Source: an uncultured Acidimicrobiia bacterium | GTDB taxonomy: Bacteria; Actinomycetota; Acidimicrobiia; Spongiisociales; Spongiisociaceae | Direction of reading: 5' to 3' | Assembly (NCBI GenBank): GCA_964516495.1 | Contig: CAZEZF010000002.1 | Span: 1,231 to 65,230 of the forward strand | Length of the DNA stretch: 64,000 nt | In this document: piece by piece, positions 1-10,633 of the stretch | Numbering within the stretch: position 1 is the first letter of the stretch | Layout of the letters: each line of letters starts with the position of its first letter | Position numbers and translations under genes: made by a program | Notes under the pieces: model-generated | The model's input: only the letters and a program-made list of their open reading frames with translations | Databases searched by the model: none | Told to the model about the DNA's origin: nothing

Positions 1-209
1 CCTCCTTCAAGTGCCGCCAGCCGAGCCTGGAGATTCGAGACCGTCGGATTGGCCGACCGGGAATAGGAGTAACCCTTGGTCATATATTCGTCTACCGACG
101 GCTGCACGAAAGTGGTCGACTGGTGGATAGGGGTGAGGATTGCGCCCGTGGTCGGATCAGGGACCACGCCGGCGTGTATCTGGTCTGTTGTGAAACCCAT
201 GTAACTCCG
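1..209 (-). CDS. PLP-dependent Cys/Met-metabolism enzyme (cystathionine gamma-synthase / O-acetylhomoserine sulfhydrylase-like), N-terminal part; gene runs off window start
   Basis: Minus-strand translation from ATG at 209 gives MGFTTDQIHAGVVPDPTTGAILTPIHQSTTFVQ..., the conserved N-terminus of trans-sulfuration PLP enzymes; absent from ORF track because there is no stop inside the window. Confidence 0.5.
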
Positions 210-1041
210 GGCTCGCGGAGCAACCGACTCTACCGGCTTACAGTTCCTTTCGCATCATTTGCTGTCCTGCAAGGATGAAGTGGACAGGCGGTCGGGAGTC
301 TGCGGTCAAGCAAACATTCCCCGAAGGTCACTTGCAAGGATGTGGTCCAGTCCTTCACCGAATTCGTGGGAACCGTAGTAGGGCGGCGACCTCTTACCTG
401 GACAGGGCGTCCTCTACTTCCTCGGTAGCGCCGAGAGCAGCGATCAGGGCGGTGAGTTTCCGGTCGATTTCAGACATCACACCCTCCAAGGCCCCGATCC
501 GAACCTCCAAGGCCCCCATCCGGTCTTCGAGACGGTCTATCCGGTGATCGATCCTGGTCTCCAGGCTGGAGAGGCGGTCGTTGGTTTCGCTGATCCTGAT
601 GTTGGATGTGGTGAGTTACGAAGCCGAGCAACACCACAATGACCGCCCCGAACAGGCTCGCCAGCGGGTATTCGATCATCTGGTTGCGAAGTCCGGGCCC
701 GCGAGCCCTTGGTGATGTGGACGACGAGGCTGCATCACCGGCGTGGGTCCGTCGCACGACGGTCTGATCGGTTGAGGTTTGATCGCCGGTTGTCATAGGT
801 ATTCTCCTTTCATGTCCTCCAACACCGGAACCGGCGCCGGTGTTCCGGTGTTGATACGATGCTTCACCTGATTCTCAGCGAATGCGCCGACCCGGTCGGG
901 ATACTTGTGCCAGTATCCTGCTGATCTGCTGTTATGTAACATATAATAGCAGTAGACGAGCACTCCATGATCCGGTTGCATGTGTTCCGGGCCCACCGAA
1001 TGTGAAAACAGCTACTATCGGCGTCCTATCCGCATAGATCA

Positions 1042-2064
1042 ATGACCGGCCCTTCTGGAGGCGACTCCATGACCGCGATAACAACCACGGAGATGCATAC
1101 GGGAGGTGAGCCGGTTCGAATCGTCGAAACCGGTTATCCCCCCATTGCGGGTACGACGATACTCGACAAACGGCGTTACGTACGGGAACACCTAGACCAC
1201 CTCCGCACCACCATCATGCATGAACCGAGAGGTCACTACGACATGTACGGGGTGATCCCTGTCGAGCCCGACCTTCCGCAAGCGGATCTGGCGGTTCTGT
1301 TCATGCACAACGAGGGCTACTCCACGATGTGCGGCCACGCAGTCATAGCGTTTGGCAGGTATGCGGTGGATCGGGGACTGGTTCCTAGGAATGCGCCAGT
1401 CACCGAGATGGTGATCCAGTGTCCGTGCGGTCCGGTGACCGTACAGGTGGAGGTGAAAGACGGCCGGGCAGGCAGGGTCCGCTTTCGCAGCGTCAAAGCC
1501 TTCGCCGCGGCTCTTCAACATAAAGTTCATGTTAAACCTTATGGTTGGGTCACCTACGATATAGGGTATGGCGGAGCTTTCTATGCGGTCAGCGACGCCT
1601 CCCGATTCGGGCTGGAGGTAGGCGCCTCACGGGTGGAAGAGTTGGTCAGGGCTGCCAAGGCTTTGAGCGACGTCGTTAGGGAGGAAGGGGGATTGAGCCA
1701 CCCCGACAACCCTGAGTTGGCGGAACTCTACGGGTCGATCCTCACCGACGGCCGGGACGGAGAGGATGCGTCGGCCAACATCTGCGTCTTCGCCGATGCG
1801 CAGGTGGATCGTAGCCCGACCGGCTCGGGAGTAACCGCGCGAATGGCTATCCGCTATGCCCGCGGCCAGGTTTCTATCGGCGACGAGCGGACCTTCGAGA
1901 GCGTCGTGGGGTCGCGGATGACCGGAATGGTGGTAGCGGAAACAACCCTTGGTAGGTATCCGGCGGTCACGGTCGAGGTTGCTGGGAAGGCTTACTATAC
2001 GGGGAGGTCTTCATTCATCGTGGAGCCTGATGATCCGTTCGGGACAGGCTTTCTGGTTCGTTGA
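1042..2064 (+). CDS. Proline racemase family protein, Cys/Thr catalytic pair suggests trans-3-hydroxy-L-proline dehydratase type; start may be ATG at 1069
   Basis: MHTGGEP N-terminal motif; first catalytic motif MCGHA (Cys) and second SPTGSG (Thr instead of Cys), as in T3LHyp dehydratases. Confidence 0.7.
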   Translation: MTGPSGGDSMTAITTTEMHTGGEPVRIVETGYPPIAGTTILDKRRYVREHLDHLRTTIMHEPRGHYDMYGVIPVEPDLPQADLAVLFMHNEGYSTMCGHAVIAFGRYAVDRGLVPRNAPVTEMVIQCPCGPVTVQVEVKDGRAGRVRFRSVKAFAAALQHKVHVKPYGWVTYDIGYGGAFYAVSDASRFGLEVGASRVEELVRAAKALSDVVREEGGLSHPDNPELAELYGSILTDGRDGEDASANICVFADAQVDRSPTGSGVTARMAIRYARGQVSIGDERTFESVVGSRMTGMVVAETTLGRYPAVTVEVAGKAYYTGRSSFIVEPDDPFGTGFLVR

Positions 2065-2267
2065 CCCCGATTTTTCATGCAGGGGTTTGAATGGGTAACC
2101 GAGCGAGATGCAAAGAACTCTCTGACCTGCGACGATAGCTGATTGACGGCCTCTACTGGCCGGGGTATTACCTTTCACCCGAAAGGTGAACGCCGGGACG
2201 CCCCCATGCAAGTGGACTTGACGTGGCCTTTTCAGGTTCGGTGTGTCCGGGGCATGAAGAATTGGGG
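2065..2267 (+). mobile_element. MITE family A copy 1 (203 bp), flanked by TTGA target duplication (2061-2064 includes the upstream stop codon; 2268-2271)
   Basis: Terminal inverted repeats CCCCGATTTTTCATGC ... GCATGAAGAATTGGGG; about 85-90 percent identical to copies at 6915, 7271, 57605. Confidence 0.75.
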
Positions 2268-2806
2268 TTGATGCATCGGTTCAGCAAGCGTGACCGCCCG
2301 ACTGGTCAACCACCTACCCGAACGGCGCTTTAGGGTTCTCGGGTGAGCGCTGCCTTCAGATGGACTTGCATCGGCTGACGTGCCGCCTCCATGTGCAGTC
2401 GGTAGGTCATGGCGTTGTCTTTGACTTCAATAATCCTTCTTACACGGGATACTTCGACTGCGGTAGCGGAAAGTCCCACCAGACTGGTTTGGAAATCGAT
2501 CCGGTGGTCTTGCACGACGCCCGTGTGGACTTCGACGATTCCGGTCGGTTGGCTTATGACCAACTCGACAACACTTTTGGAAACGGGCCTGATGTAGCCG
2601 GTTTCGGAATGCAAAGGCTCTTGTTCGGCGCCTAGACGGTGGGTTGTCTGCCGGTAGATAATGAAAGGTTTACCGGGTCCAGGTGTGTATGTAGCTGTTT
2701 CTGTATATGCGAACGCGTCGATGGTAGGGTAGCGCCCCTCCCCGGCGCCCCTCCAGACTCCGAGGAGGAACTCCAGAGGGGCGAGTGCGGGATGTAGGTC
2801 GTGCAT

Positions 2807-3451
2807 CTAACCGGTTGGGATCTCGCAGGTCACCCCCGTACCCCGAAGCCCGCAGTATCCATTGGGGTTCTTGGCCAGGTACTGCTGGTGATAGTCCTCG
2901 GCGTAGTAGAACTCGGGCGCATCTCGGATCTCGGTTGTGACCGGTCCGATGCCTGTTGCCATCAAGTCCCGCTCGTACGCGGCCTTGCTGGCTTCAGCCA
3001 GTTCCCGTTGGGCCGGGGTCGTCCAGTAGATGGCCGACCGGTACTGGGTGCCTCGGTCGTTTCCCTGTCGCATACCCTGGGTGGGGTTGTGCTCCTCCCA
3101 GAACCTTTTCAGCAATTCTCCGTACGAGATTACGTCGGGGTCATAGGCGACCAGCACCGCCTCGGTGTGACCGGTGCGTCCGCTGCAAACCTCGTAGTAG
3201 GTAGGGTTGGCCGTCATCCCTCCCTGATAGCCCACCGCGGTGGTATAGACACCCGGAATCTGCCAATAGATTCGCTCCACCCCCCAGAAGCAGCCCATAC
3301 CGAAGTATGCAATCTCCAGATTTGTAGGGAACGGAGGAGTGATGGGTCGCCCATGGACGAAATGTGGTCTTGCCTCCAGAACACCGGTTGTTCTGCCCGC
3401 CGGCGCCGTATCGGCCGTCGGTAATACGTCTTTTCTACCTCGACCGAACAT
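2807..3451 (-). CDS. msrA: Peptide methionine sulfoxide reductase MsrA
   Basis: GCFWG active-site motif and overall MsrA length/conservation. Confidence 0.85.
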   Translation of the reverse strand: MFGRGRKDVLPTADTAPAGRTTGVLEARPHFVHGRPITPPFPTNLEIAYFGMGCFWGVERIYWQIPGVYTTAVGYQGGMTANPTYYEVCSGRTGHTEAVLVAYDPDVISYGELLKRFWEEHNPTQGMRQGNDRGTQYRSAIYWTTPAQRELAEASKAAYERDLMATGIGPVTTEIRDAPEFYYAEDYHQQYLAKNPNGYCGLRGTGVTCEIPTG

Positions 3452-3580
3452 ATGTATTCCTTTCTGTCGTCTACCCTTGATAACACTATCGCCGTGTTTA
3501 TGTTCCCGAAAGCTGTGCAGATCCGGTAACCGGTTAGCCTGGGGTCAGCATCAGCGAAAGCAGCGGAGGCGTATCTCCAA

Positions 3581-4426
3581 ATGAGGGTCGGCGCGAACAT
3601 ATTCCTGACTGACATGTCCATCGAACCTGTTCAACTCGGGGAGGAGCTCGAGTCACGTGGATTCGAGTCCTTATGGGTGGCGGAGCACAGCCACATTCCT
3701 ACCAGCCGGAAGACGCCGTGGGGAGGGAGGAAGAACGCCCCGCCGCTTCCGGAGGAGTATTGGCGAACCCATGACTGTTTTGTGGCGTTGTCTGCGGTGG
3801 CGGCCACTACCGACCGTTTGAAGGTCGGTACGGGCATCACCCTGGTTGCACAGCATGATCCGATCTGGTTGGCCAAGCAGGTGGCATCCCTTGATGTGAT
3901 ATCCAAAGGCCGGTTCGAGTTCGGGATCGGATTCGGTTGGAACCGGGAGGAGATGCGCAACCACGGTGTGGACCCGGCCACGAGACACCAGCTGGTGGCG
4001 GAAAAGATCGGCCTGATGAAGGCCCTCTGGACCAAGGAGCGAGCCTCCTATGACGGCGACTTGGTGACTCTGAAGGAGAGTTGGGCTTGGCCCAAACCGA
4101 TACAAAAGCCGCATCCACCCATCTTCATGGGGAGCAGCGGAGGTCCTAAGGCTTTTGCAGCCACAGCGGCTTACTGTGATGGGTGGTTACCGGTGCGACC
4201 GGGAAACCTGGCCGAAGGGATCACCACCTTGCACGGCTATCTGGAGCGGGCCGGAAGAGATCCTTCGGAACTGGAGATTGCGGTTTACAACGCCGCGCCC
4301 GATCCCGACGCTTGGAAGACGTGGGAGCGACTAGGAGTTTCCCGTGTCATGATAGGACTTCCGCATGCTCCCGCCGAGGTGATTGTCCCGTTACTTGACG
4401 AGTATCAACACCTGATCGAGGTTTGA
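3581..4426 (+). CDS. LLM-class (luciferase-like) flavin/F420-dependent oxidoreductase
   Basis: ESLWVAEH..., TIM-barrel LLM family signature pattern, 281 aa. Confidence 0.65.
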   Translation: MRVGANIFLTDMSIEPVQLGEELESRGFESLWVAEHSHIPTSRKTPWGGRKNAPPLPEEYWRTHDCFVALSAVAATTDRLKVGTGITLVAQHDPIWLAKQVASLDVISKGRFEFGIGFGWNREEMRNHGVDPATRHQLVAEKIGLMKALWTKERASYDGDLVTLKESWAWPKPIQKPHPPIFMGSSGGPKAFAATAAYCDGWLPVRPGNLAEGITTLHGYLERAGRDPSELEIAVYNAAPDPDAWKTWERLGVSRVMIGLPHAPAEVIVPLLDEYQHLIEV

Positions 4427-4460
4427 GGCCGGGCTGGTAGCTCCCGGATCGGAATCAAGG

Positions 4461-5669
4461 TTGGCCTCCGGTTCAGACTCTCACTGTCCAGGAAGGCTCA
4501 TCCTCATGGGGTCGGGGGAGATGTCCGCCCCCTTGCTTGCCGCCCATCGTCTGGGCATTGAAGAGGCCGAGGCGCGGGAGGTGGTTGTCCTGGATACTCC
4601 GTTCGGGTTCCAGGAAAATGCCCCGCTCCTAGCCGACCGGCTGACCCGCTTCTTCCGCACCGGCTTCTCTGTGGATTCTACTGTTGCGTCGTACCGATCG
4701 GTTGGAGATGGAGAGGTCGCCGCCGAGCGGATGTTGACGAAGCTGAGGGGCGCCCGTTACGTGTTCGCCGGTCCCGGATCCCCTACTTACGCTCTCGGGG
4801 TATGGAAAGGTGTCAACTTGGAGCAGACCCTCCGGGAGCTGCTGCGAACGGGGGCGACGGTGACCTTCGCGTCTGCGGCGGCTCTCACTGCGGGGATCAA
4901 GACCCTGCCCGTGTACGAGATATACAAGGTTGGGGCGGCGCCGTACTGGCTTGAGGGTCTCGACTTGGCCGGCGCTCTGGGTCTTGCGGGTGTGGTCATT
5001 CCCCATTGGAACAACACGGAGGGTCAGGGATTCGATACCAGCCGTTGTTACATGGGTCGTCGCCGCTTCGGGCTGCTGCGTTCGATGCTTCCCCCAAGGG
5101 TTGGAGTGATCGGCTTGGATGAGCACACAGCCGGAGTGTTCGACTTCGGTAAGGGACAGTTGAGCGTTATCGGAACGGGTCGGGTGACCCTCAGCGGTAT
5201 CGATGACATGACCCTCCGGCATGGGGAGCGGATCGACTTGGCCACTGCCGCCGCATTCCTGGAGTCGAGCCCACCGACCCCGACGGCCGATCCGCCGCAA
5301 CCTGTACCCGGCCTTCGGGAATGTTTGGAGGAACGATCAGCCGAAGCCATTGCGTCGATCCTGCTCTCGATCGAATCTCGGGCAGCGGCGGGTTCGGGAT
5401 CAGCCAGGAGAGAATTACGATCGACGATACTGGAGATGGCGGACCTGGCCGCACGCGGGCTTGTGACTCGTCGTGAGTGGGTGGGGAAGTATGTGGATCT
5501 GCTTGTAGAGCAGCGATCCCGGCTGCGGGCTGAGAAACGCTGGGAGGAGGCGGATCACCTGAGAGCCGCGCTCGATTCCCTGGGTATCGCTCTCAGGGAT
5601 ACCCGGAACGGTACGGAATGGGCCTTCTCGGATGGAGGCATTCCGGATATCGGATCGAATAGGGACTGA
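4461..5669 (+). CDS. Fusion protein: peptidase S51 / class I glutamine-amidotransferase-like N-domain plus C-terminal domain resembling the CysRS/MshC C-terminal (DALR-2-like) anticodon-binding domain
   Basis: N-term LILMGSGEM...VFAGPGSPTYAL (S51/cyanophycinase-like); C-term RWEEADHLRAALDSLGIALRDTRNGTEW matches the ...DWxxADxIRDxLxxxGIxLxDTxxGTxW end of cysteinyl-tRNA synthetases. Confidence 0.4.
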   Translation: MASGSDSHCPGRLILMGSGEMSAPLLAAHRLGIEEAEAREVVVLDTPFGFQENAPLLADRLTRFFRTGFSVDSTVASYRSVGDGEVAAERMLTKLRGARYVFAGPGSPTYALGVWKGVNLEQTLRELLRTGATVTFASAAALTAGIKTLPVYEIYKVGAAPYWLEGLDLAGALGLAGVVIPHWNNTEGQGFDTSRCYMGRRRFGLLRSMLPPRVGVIGLDEHTAGVFDFGKGQLSVIGTGRVTLSGIDDMTLRHGERIDLATAAAFLESSPPTPTADPPQPVPGLRECLEERSAEAIASILLSIESRAAAGSGSARRELRSTILEMADLAARGLVTRREWVGKYVDLLVEQRSRLRAEKRWEEADHLRAALDSLGIALRDTRNGTEWAFSDGGIPDIGSNRD

Positions 5670-6061
5670 TTGCCGGGATGGGATTACAGATCGGCGCCTC
5701 TCCGGTCATGGCCAGAAAAGGGTTACGGTCGAAAACTAGTGTCCTGAATCTTTAGGTTCGCTTGGTTTTTATCCTGCAAGAAATTCGGATTGCGCACCGG
5801 GATTCGCCGTTGTCTCTCAGATCAGCCCAGATCAGTAGACGCCGCGGAGGACCGCGTGAAGGGATCAGAGTTCGTTCGAGGCAACCCCGTCGGGGGGTGT
5901 GGGAGGACTCGTCTCGACCAAAGGCGGCGCCGGTGGGGGAGGGCCCGCCGGGGAAGGGTTCATCCCCCGGAGCTTATCTGTAAACGCACCGGGCAACGTC
6001 TCTATGTCAAACCGACGCCGAGGCGGTACCATGGTGACCTACGCAGGACGGTTGGAGATCG

Positions 6062-6337
6062 ATGAGCTACCAAGGTTATGTTCGTGTGATCGATGCTAAC
6101 GGCAACATCCTTGATGTAGCCGAGGCATCCCTAGGCGCGATCGACTATGTCGGTCATCGTTGGGGTGGGACTCTGGCGGTATGGCCGGGCGGGGCACTCG
6201 ACGGAAAGACCATGCCGGTGGAGTTGGAGGTACCGGGCGCCTTCCGGGCCGGAGCTCTCCTCACACCCGGTCCGGTGACGGATGGTCGCCGTCTGGTGTC
6301 GGTGCTCGGCGCCGATCCTTCACCGTTCGCGGCCTGA
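6062..6337 (+). CDS. Small hypothetical protein (91 aa)
   Basis: ORF with coding-like composition between annotated genes; no recognisable domain. Confidence 0.25.
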   Translation: MSYQGYVRVIDANGNILDVAEASLGAIDYVGHRWGGTLAVWPGGALDGKTMPVELEVPGAFRAGALLTPGPVTDGRRLVSVLGADPSPFAA

Positions 6338-6345
6338 GATTCCTC

Positions 6346-6849
6346 CTACGGCAAATCCCAAACCGTGGAGCTATCTCCGGACGCCGCCACAGCAAGGGAT
6401 CGAGCGGAGTGCAGTACCGTCCCCACCAGGACCAGCGCCAGGCCGGCGTTCACGATCATCTCCGTTAGGAGTGGAACCGATCCGATCAGTTCCGGAATGG
6501 TCGTGGCGGTTAGGTAGAGGATCGAGAATATGGCCCAGGTGACCAGGGCGGAGCAGACAAAGAAGACCTGCTTTGAAGTGCCGCTCGTCTGTCCGAGCCC
6601 CTTGTAGATCAGGGGAACCAGCAGCGCCACCAGAGCGAACCCGAAGAGTTGCGCCGAGTTACGGTCTCCGGAGACGAGGAAGAATGCGAAGCCGATTACC
6701 ACCGCGCTGCTCGATGCCCAACTACCCGAGAAGGACCAGCGCATCGGTCCAACCGTACCCTTCCACCGCCCCTTCGAGTCGCTGACCGCGGCAAAGGTCA
6801 CCACAAAGGCCACCAATCCGCTGATGGTGATCATCGAGTTCACGTTCAT
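6346..6849 (-). CDS. Hypothetical integral membrane protein (about 4-5 TM segments)
   Basis: Hydrophobic helices throughout (ITISGLVAFVVTFAAV..., ALVALLVPLIY..., LALVLVGTVL). Confidence 0.4.
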   Translation of the reverse strand: MNVNSMITISGLVAFVVTFAAVSDSKGRWKGTVGPMRWSFSGSWASSSAVVIGFAFFLVSGDRNSAQLFGFALVALLVPLIYKGLGQTSGTSKQVFFVCSALVTWAIFSILYLTATTIPELIGSVPLLTEMIVNAGLALVLVGTVLHSARSLAVAASGDSSTVWDLP

Positions 6850-6914
6850 GGATGGGCTTCCTTTCTAGCGTTTTCGAGGTACATCTTCACCGTCGTCGAA
6901 TACAAGAATACTAA

Positions 6915-7116
6915 CCCCGATTTTTCCATGCAGGGGTTTGAATGGGTAACCGAGAGAGATGCAAGGAACTCTCTGACCTGGGAAAATAGCTGCTTGGTGG
7001 CCTCTACTGGCCGGGGTGTTACCCTTCACCCGAAGGTGAACGCCGGGACGCCCCATGAAAGTTGGTTTGACGTGGCCCTTTTCGGGTTCGGTGTGTCTGG
7101 GGCATGAAGAATTGGG
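6915..7116 (+). mobile_element. MITE family A copy 2 (202 bp), CTAA target duplication (6911-6914 / 7117-7120)
   Basis: Same TIRs and internal sequence as copy 1; perfect 4-bp direct repeat flanks. Confidence 0.75.
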
Positions 7117-7270
7117 CTAAAGGGTTTGGCCTCTTGGTCTTGTTGTCGAGGTCCCGGGTCTACTCTCGAGTCGGGGGTATGTCACGCTCGTCCGTCGCGG
7201 TGAGGCCGTATCATTCATCGGATCGATTCGGCCTCATACCGAAGAGGGCAGCCCGATGGGTACGCAATAG

Positions 7271-7472
7271 CCCCAATTTTTATGTAGGGGTTTGGATGGG
7301 TAGCCGAGAGGGGGGCAAGGAACTCTCTGACCTAAGAAGATAGCTGTTTGGCGGCCTCACCTGGTCGAGGGGTTACCCTTCACCCGAAGGTGAACGCCGG
7401 GACGCCCCATGAAAGTTGGTTTGACGTGGCCCTTTTCGGGTTCCGGTGTGTCTGGGGCATGAAGAATCAGAG
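7271..7472 (+). mobile_element. MITE family A copy 3, 154 bp downstream of copy 2 (ATAG/CTAG flanks)
   Basis: Full-length alignment to copies 1, 2 and 5. Confidence 0.7.
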
Positions 7473-7488
7473 CTAGGAGAATCCTGAT

Positions 7489-9009
7489 ATGAGGTTAAGG
7501 GCGGTCGTTCTGGCCTCGCAGCGTGTTGCCGCCACCCGGTCACGTCGATCCAAGGTTGCGGTGCTGGCTGAACTGCTCTCGGCGGCCGATCCGGCCGAGA
7601 TCGAGGTAGTCGTGGGCTTCCTGTCGGGGGCGCCTCGCCAAGGTCGGGTGGGGATCGGCGCGGCTTCCTTGTGGGCGGTCGAGACCACGCCGGCGGATTC
7701 GCCCACCCTCGAAGTACTCGAGGTCGATCACTTCATCGAACGGATACCGACTATTACCGGTCGAGGGTCACAAGCGCGCCGTCGCCGGTTGTTAGAGGAT
7801 CTGCTGGGCAGCGCTACAAACACCGAGCAGGATTTCCTGCGCAGGTTACTGGTAGGGGAGTTGAGACAGGGAGCGCTCCGAGGACTCATGATGGACGGGG
7901 TGGCCGCCGCGTCGGGCCTTCCGGCTACCTTGATACGGCGGGCCACCATGCTGGGTGGGGACTTGGGCAGGGTGGCCTGCACCGCTCTCACTGAAGGCGA
8001 GGAAGCCTTGAGGCAGATGAGCATCCGGCCCCTCCGTCCGGTTCATCCGATGCTCGCTACCGCATCCGGTTCGGTGGCCGAAGCGTTGGACGGTCTCGAG
8101 GCAGCCTCGGTCGAATGGAAGCTGGACGGGGCCCGGATTCAGGTCCATCGAATAGGTGACCGGGTGGCGGTGTTCACACGGCGGCTGAACGAGGTCGGAT
8201 CTCGTATGCCTGTGGTGAGGTCGGTGGTGAACGCCCTACCGGTGACCGCCGTCGTTCTGGACGGGGAGGCCCTTACCGTCGACAGCAAGGGAACCCCGAG
8301 GCGTTTCGAACAGACAATGAGCCGCTTCGGTTCGCAGGAGGCCACCGACGATGCCCCGCTGATTCCCTTCTTCTTCGACATTCTCCATATCGATGGGCGG
8401 GATCTGATCGATCTTCCCCTCTCTGAGAGGATTGCGCTGCTCCAGCAGTTGGCGCCTGCCGAGTATCTGGCGCCCAGAATCATCACCGGGGAGGTAACCG
8501 AGGCTGAGAGGTTCTTCGCCATGGCCCGCCGCCGGCGACATGAAGGGATCATGGTGAAGGACCTCAACGCGACCTATGCGGCCGGTCGGCGAGGATCGGC
8601 CTGGCGAAAGGTCAAGGTCGCCCACCATCTTGATCTGGTGGTGCTCGCCGCCGAATGGGGTCACGGTCGCCGCAGGGGGTGGTTATCCAACCTGCATCTG
8701 GGAGCTCGAGACGCGGATCGAGGCGGGTTTGTGATGGTAGGGAAGACCTTCAAGGGGCTTACCGACAAGATGCTGGCCTGGCAAACTGAACGGTTTCTGG
8801 AACTCCAAACGGGTCGGGACCGCCATATCGTCTTCGTTCGTCCCGAAATGGTGGTAGAGGTGGCTTTCGACGGGGTTCTTCCCAGCCCTACCTACCCGGG
8901 TGGAGTGGCTCTTCGCTTTGCCAGAGTGAAACGTTTCCGTACCGACAAAAAACCCGACGAGGCCGACACCATCGAGGAGATCCGCCGGATCCTCGAAGGT
9001 CATACCTGA
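7489..9009 (+). CDS. ATP-dependent DNA ligase (LigB/LigC type)
   Basis: Adenylation motif WKLDGAR (KxDG), OB-fold region, 506 aa. Confidence 0.8.
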   Translation: MRLRAVVLASQRVAATRSRRSKVAVLAELLSAADPAEIEVVVGFLSGAPRQGRVGIGAASLWAVETTPADSPTLEVLEVDHFIERIPTITGRGSQARRRRLLEDLLGSATNTEQDFLRRLLVGELRQGALRGLMMDGVAAASGLPATLIRRATMLGGDLGRVACTALTEGEEALRQMSIRPLRPVHPMLATASGSVAEALDGLEAASVEWKLDGARIQVHRIGDRVAVFTRRLNEVGSRMPVVRSVVNALPVTAVVLDGEALTVDSKGTPRRFEQTMSRFGSQEATDDAPLIPFFFDILHIDGRDLIDLPLSERIALLQQLAPAEYLAPRIITGEVTEAERFFAMARRRRHEGIMVKDLNATYAAGRRGSAWRKVKVAHHLDLVVLAAEWGHGRRRGWLSNLHLGARDADRGGFVMVGKTFKGLTDKMLAWQTERFLELQTGRDRHIVFVRPEMVVEVAFDGVLPSPTYPGGVALRFARVKRFRTDKKPDEADTIEEIRRILEGHT

Positions 9010-10352
9010 TACGGATCGTCATATAGATCGTTGCGCGACTTCATAAGGTCCGGCCCGTCCGGTATAGCGCGACGATACCCGATTCTTGCCGGGGGATCAG
9101 CCATGGATACGAGCAGGGCGCTCACCAGGATGACCTGAGCAACGAGGGCGGTGCAGCCCGCCAGAACCAGACCTAAGGTAACCGGAATCGGTAGCAGGAC
9201 CGGGATGACCGCGCCGAGGACCCAGGCCAACTGGAAGAGGGTTTCCGAATAGGTGAAGGTCTTGCCGCGTTCGCCCGGCGCGACGCTGGCATGGAGCAGA
9301 CCGTCGTAACCGAACTTGGCGGTTCCCCAAGCCAGACCGGCGAACAGGGCCAGAGCCGCCGAAGCCCACACCCCGAAGACATGGGCGCCTATAAAGGCAG
9401 CCCCCGCTTCGAGGGCCAGGGCCGCCACGACCATCGGTTCTTCGCGGAGGCGTCTGACCAGGAACTGGGCGAGGTAGGAGGACAGCCCGAATCCTGCTCC
9501 CGCGGCGATCATTAGGGCGCCGAAGCTCGCCATGCCCTCTTGCGCGTCCCGTAGCGCGAAGGCGACCAGAAGGAGGAGGTAACCGTTGAGGAGCCGTACG
9601 ATGGCGGTGGCTATCCGGGCGTGCCGCATGGCTCGGCGGGAGGCGGGAGATCGGGCCGGGTTTTCCAGTACCTCGCCGGTCACCCCGCCTCTTGAGCGCA
9701 GATCGAGTCTTAGCCCGAGAGCGGCGCCCGCCGACCAGCAGAAGAGCAGGGTGGCCAGCGCCAGCGCGTACCTGTTACCCAACAAGGCGATCAGGCCGGC
9801 GCCCACCGGGGCGACCAACCCGCCGGCGAAGATTCCTATCCGAGCGAGCCGGGCGTTGGCGGATACCAGGGCGGTCGCTTCAGGAAGCGCCGCGGGCAGG
9901 ATAGAACTACGGCTGATTCCGTAGATGCGTGACAGCACCAGCATCCCGAACACCAGGGACAGCATCACCAACTCGGCGTCGGATCGGATCATTGCTATCG
10001 CCACGACCGCACGCCCGATCGAGCCGAATGTCAAACCTGCCTGATGGCTTCGAGGCACGCGATTGAACATCGAACCCAAGAGTGGTCCGATGACCGCGAA
10101 CGGGGCCAGGGTGAGAAGCAGAAAGGACACCACGTTGCCGCGCGCTTCGGCGGTCGGCACCGAGAAGAACAGGGTTTCGGCGAGCGCGAGGGCAATCAGG
10201 GCGTCACCGGCGACGTTGGCGGCGTGCGAAATAGCGAGGCGGCGGAAGGCCCATCCGTGAACCGAGAAGGCGGCGTCGATCCTTCGTCCGACCGCCCTGG
10301 TAGCTCTGGCTACCTTGGAAGACTGCCTACCGCGAGGAATCGATTCGGTCAT
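9000..10352 (-). CDS. MFS-type transporter / polytopic membrane protein (start taken at ATG 10352, MTESIPRG)
   Basis: About 12 hydrophobic segments, MFS-like loop motifs; upstream Met candidates overlap the ligase gene. Confidence 0.55.
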   Translation of the reverse strand: MTESIPRGRQSSKVARATRAVGRRIDAAFSVHGWAFRRLAISHAANVAGDALIALALAETLFFSVPTAEARGNVVSFLLLTLAPFAVIGPLLGSMFNRVPRSHQAGLTFGSIGRAVVAIAMIRSDAELVMLSLVFGMLVLSRIYGISRSSILPAALPEATALVSANARLARIGIFAGGLVAPVGAGLIALLGNRYALALATLLFCWSAGAALGLRLDLRSRGGVTGEVLENPARSPASRRAMRHARIATAIVRLLNGYLLLLVAFALRDAQEGMASFGALMIAAGAGFGLSSYLAQFLVRRLREEPMVVAALALEAGAAFIGAHVFGVWASAALALFAGLAWGTAKFGYDGLLHASVAPGERGKTFTYSETLFQLAWVLGAVIPVLLPIPVTLGLVLAGCTALVAQVILVSALLVSMADPPARIGYRRAIPDGPDLMKSRNDLYDDPYQV

Positions 10353-10633
10353 GTCTGAACCTGATCTTTGTGTTCTCACTACACCAAGGCCCATCATGCC
10401 ACCTAACCGGAGGATCGGGTGGTATCCCGTGACACATCCCGCCGACGAATGAAACGCTCTACAAAAGGATATACACAGTCAACTAGTGGTAAATAATCTT
10501 TACAAGCCTTCTTACGGTGTCCGGGTAATCCCTGGTCAATGGAATAATTATGATTAACGTAGCTCTCGACAGCGGTTGGACACGGTAAACAGGTCCGGTG
10601 TCTCCGCCAGTAGATCGAACTTGGAACGACGGG

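Noticed and set aside
470-796. Small TM + coiled-coil protein (MIEYPLASLFGAVIVVLLGFV... then RLSSLETRIDHRIDRLEDRMGALEVRIGALEG in another frame), possibly frameshifted
   Set aside because: The two parts are in different frames and I cannot tell whether they form one gene. It is too uncertain to annotate.
6865-7056. Small ORFs VKGNTPASRG...LGYPFKPLHEKSG recurring at 2011..2211, 6865..7056, 57617..57850 and 28012..28224 as a possible conserved small-protein family
   Set aside because: They are translations of the MITE family A repeat in differing frames and orientations, not a conserved coding gene.
2065-7472. Family A elements as a dedicated ncRNA gene (e.g. transposon-associated guide/omega-type RNA or riboswitch)
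   Set aside because: Terminal inverted repeats plus 4-bp target duplications, both orientations and an internally deleted copy fit a MITE better. Transcription of the elements remains possible.
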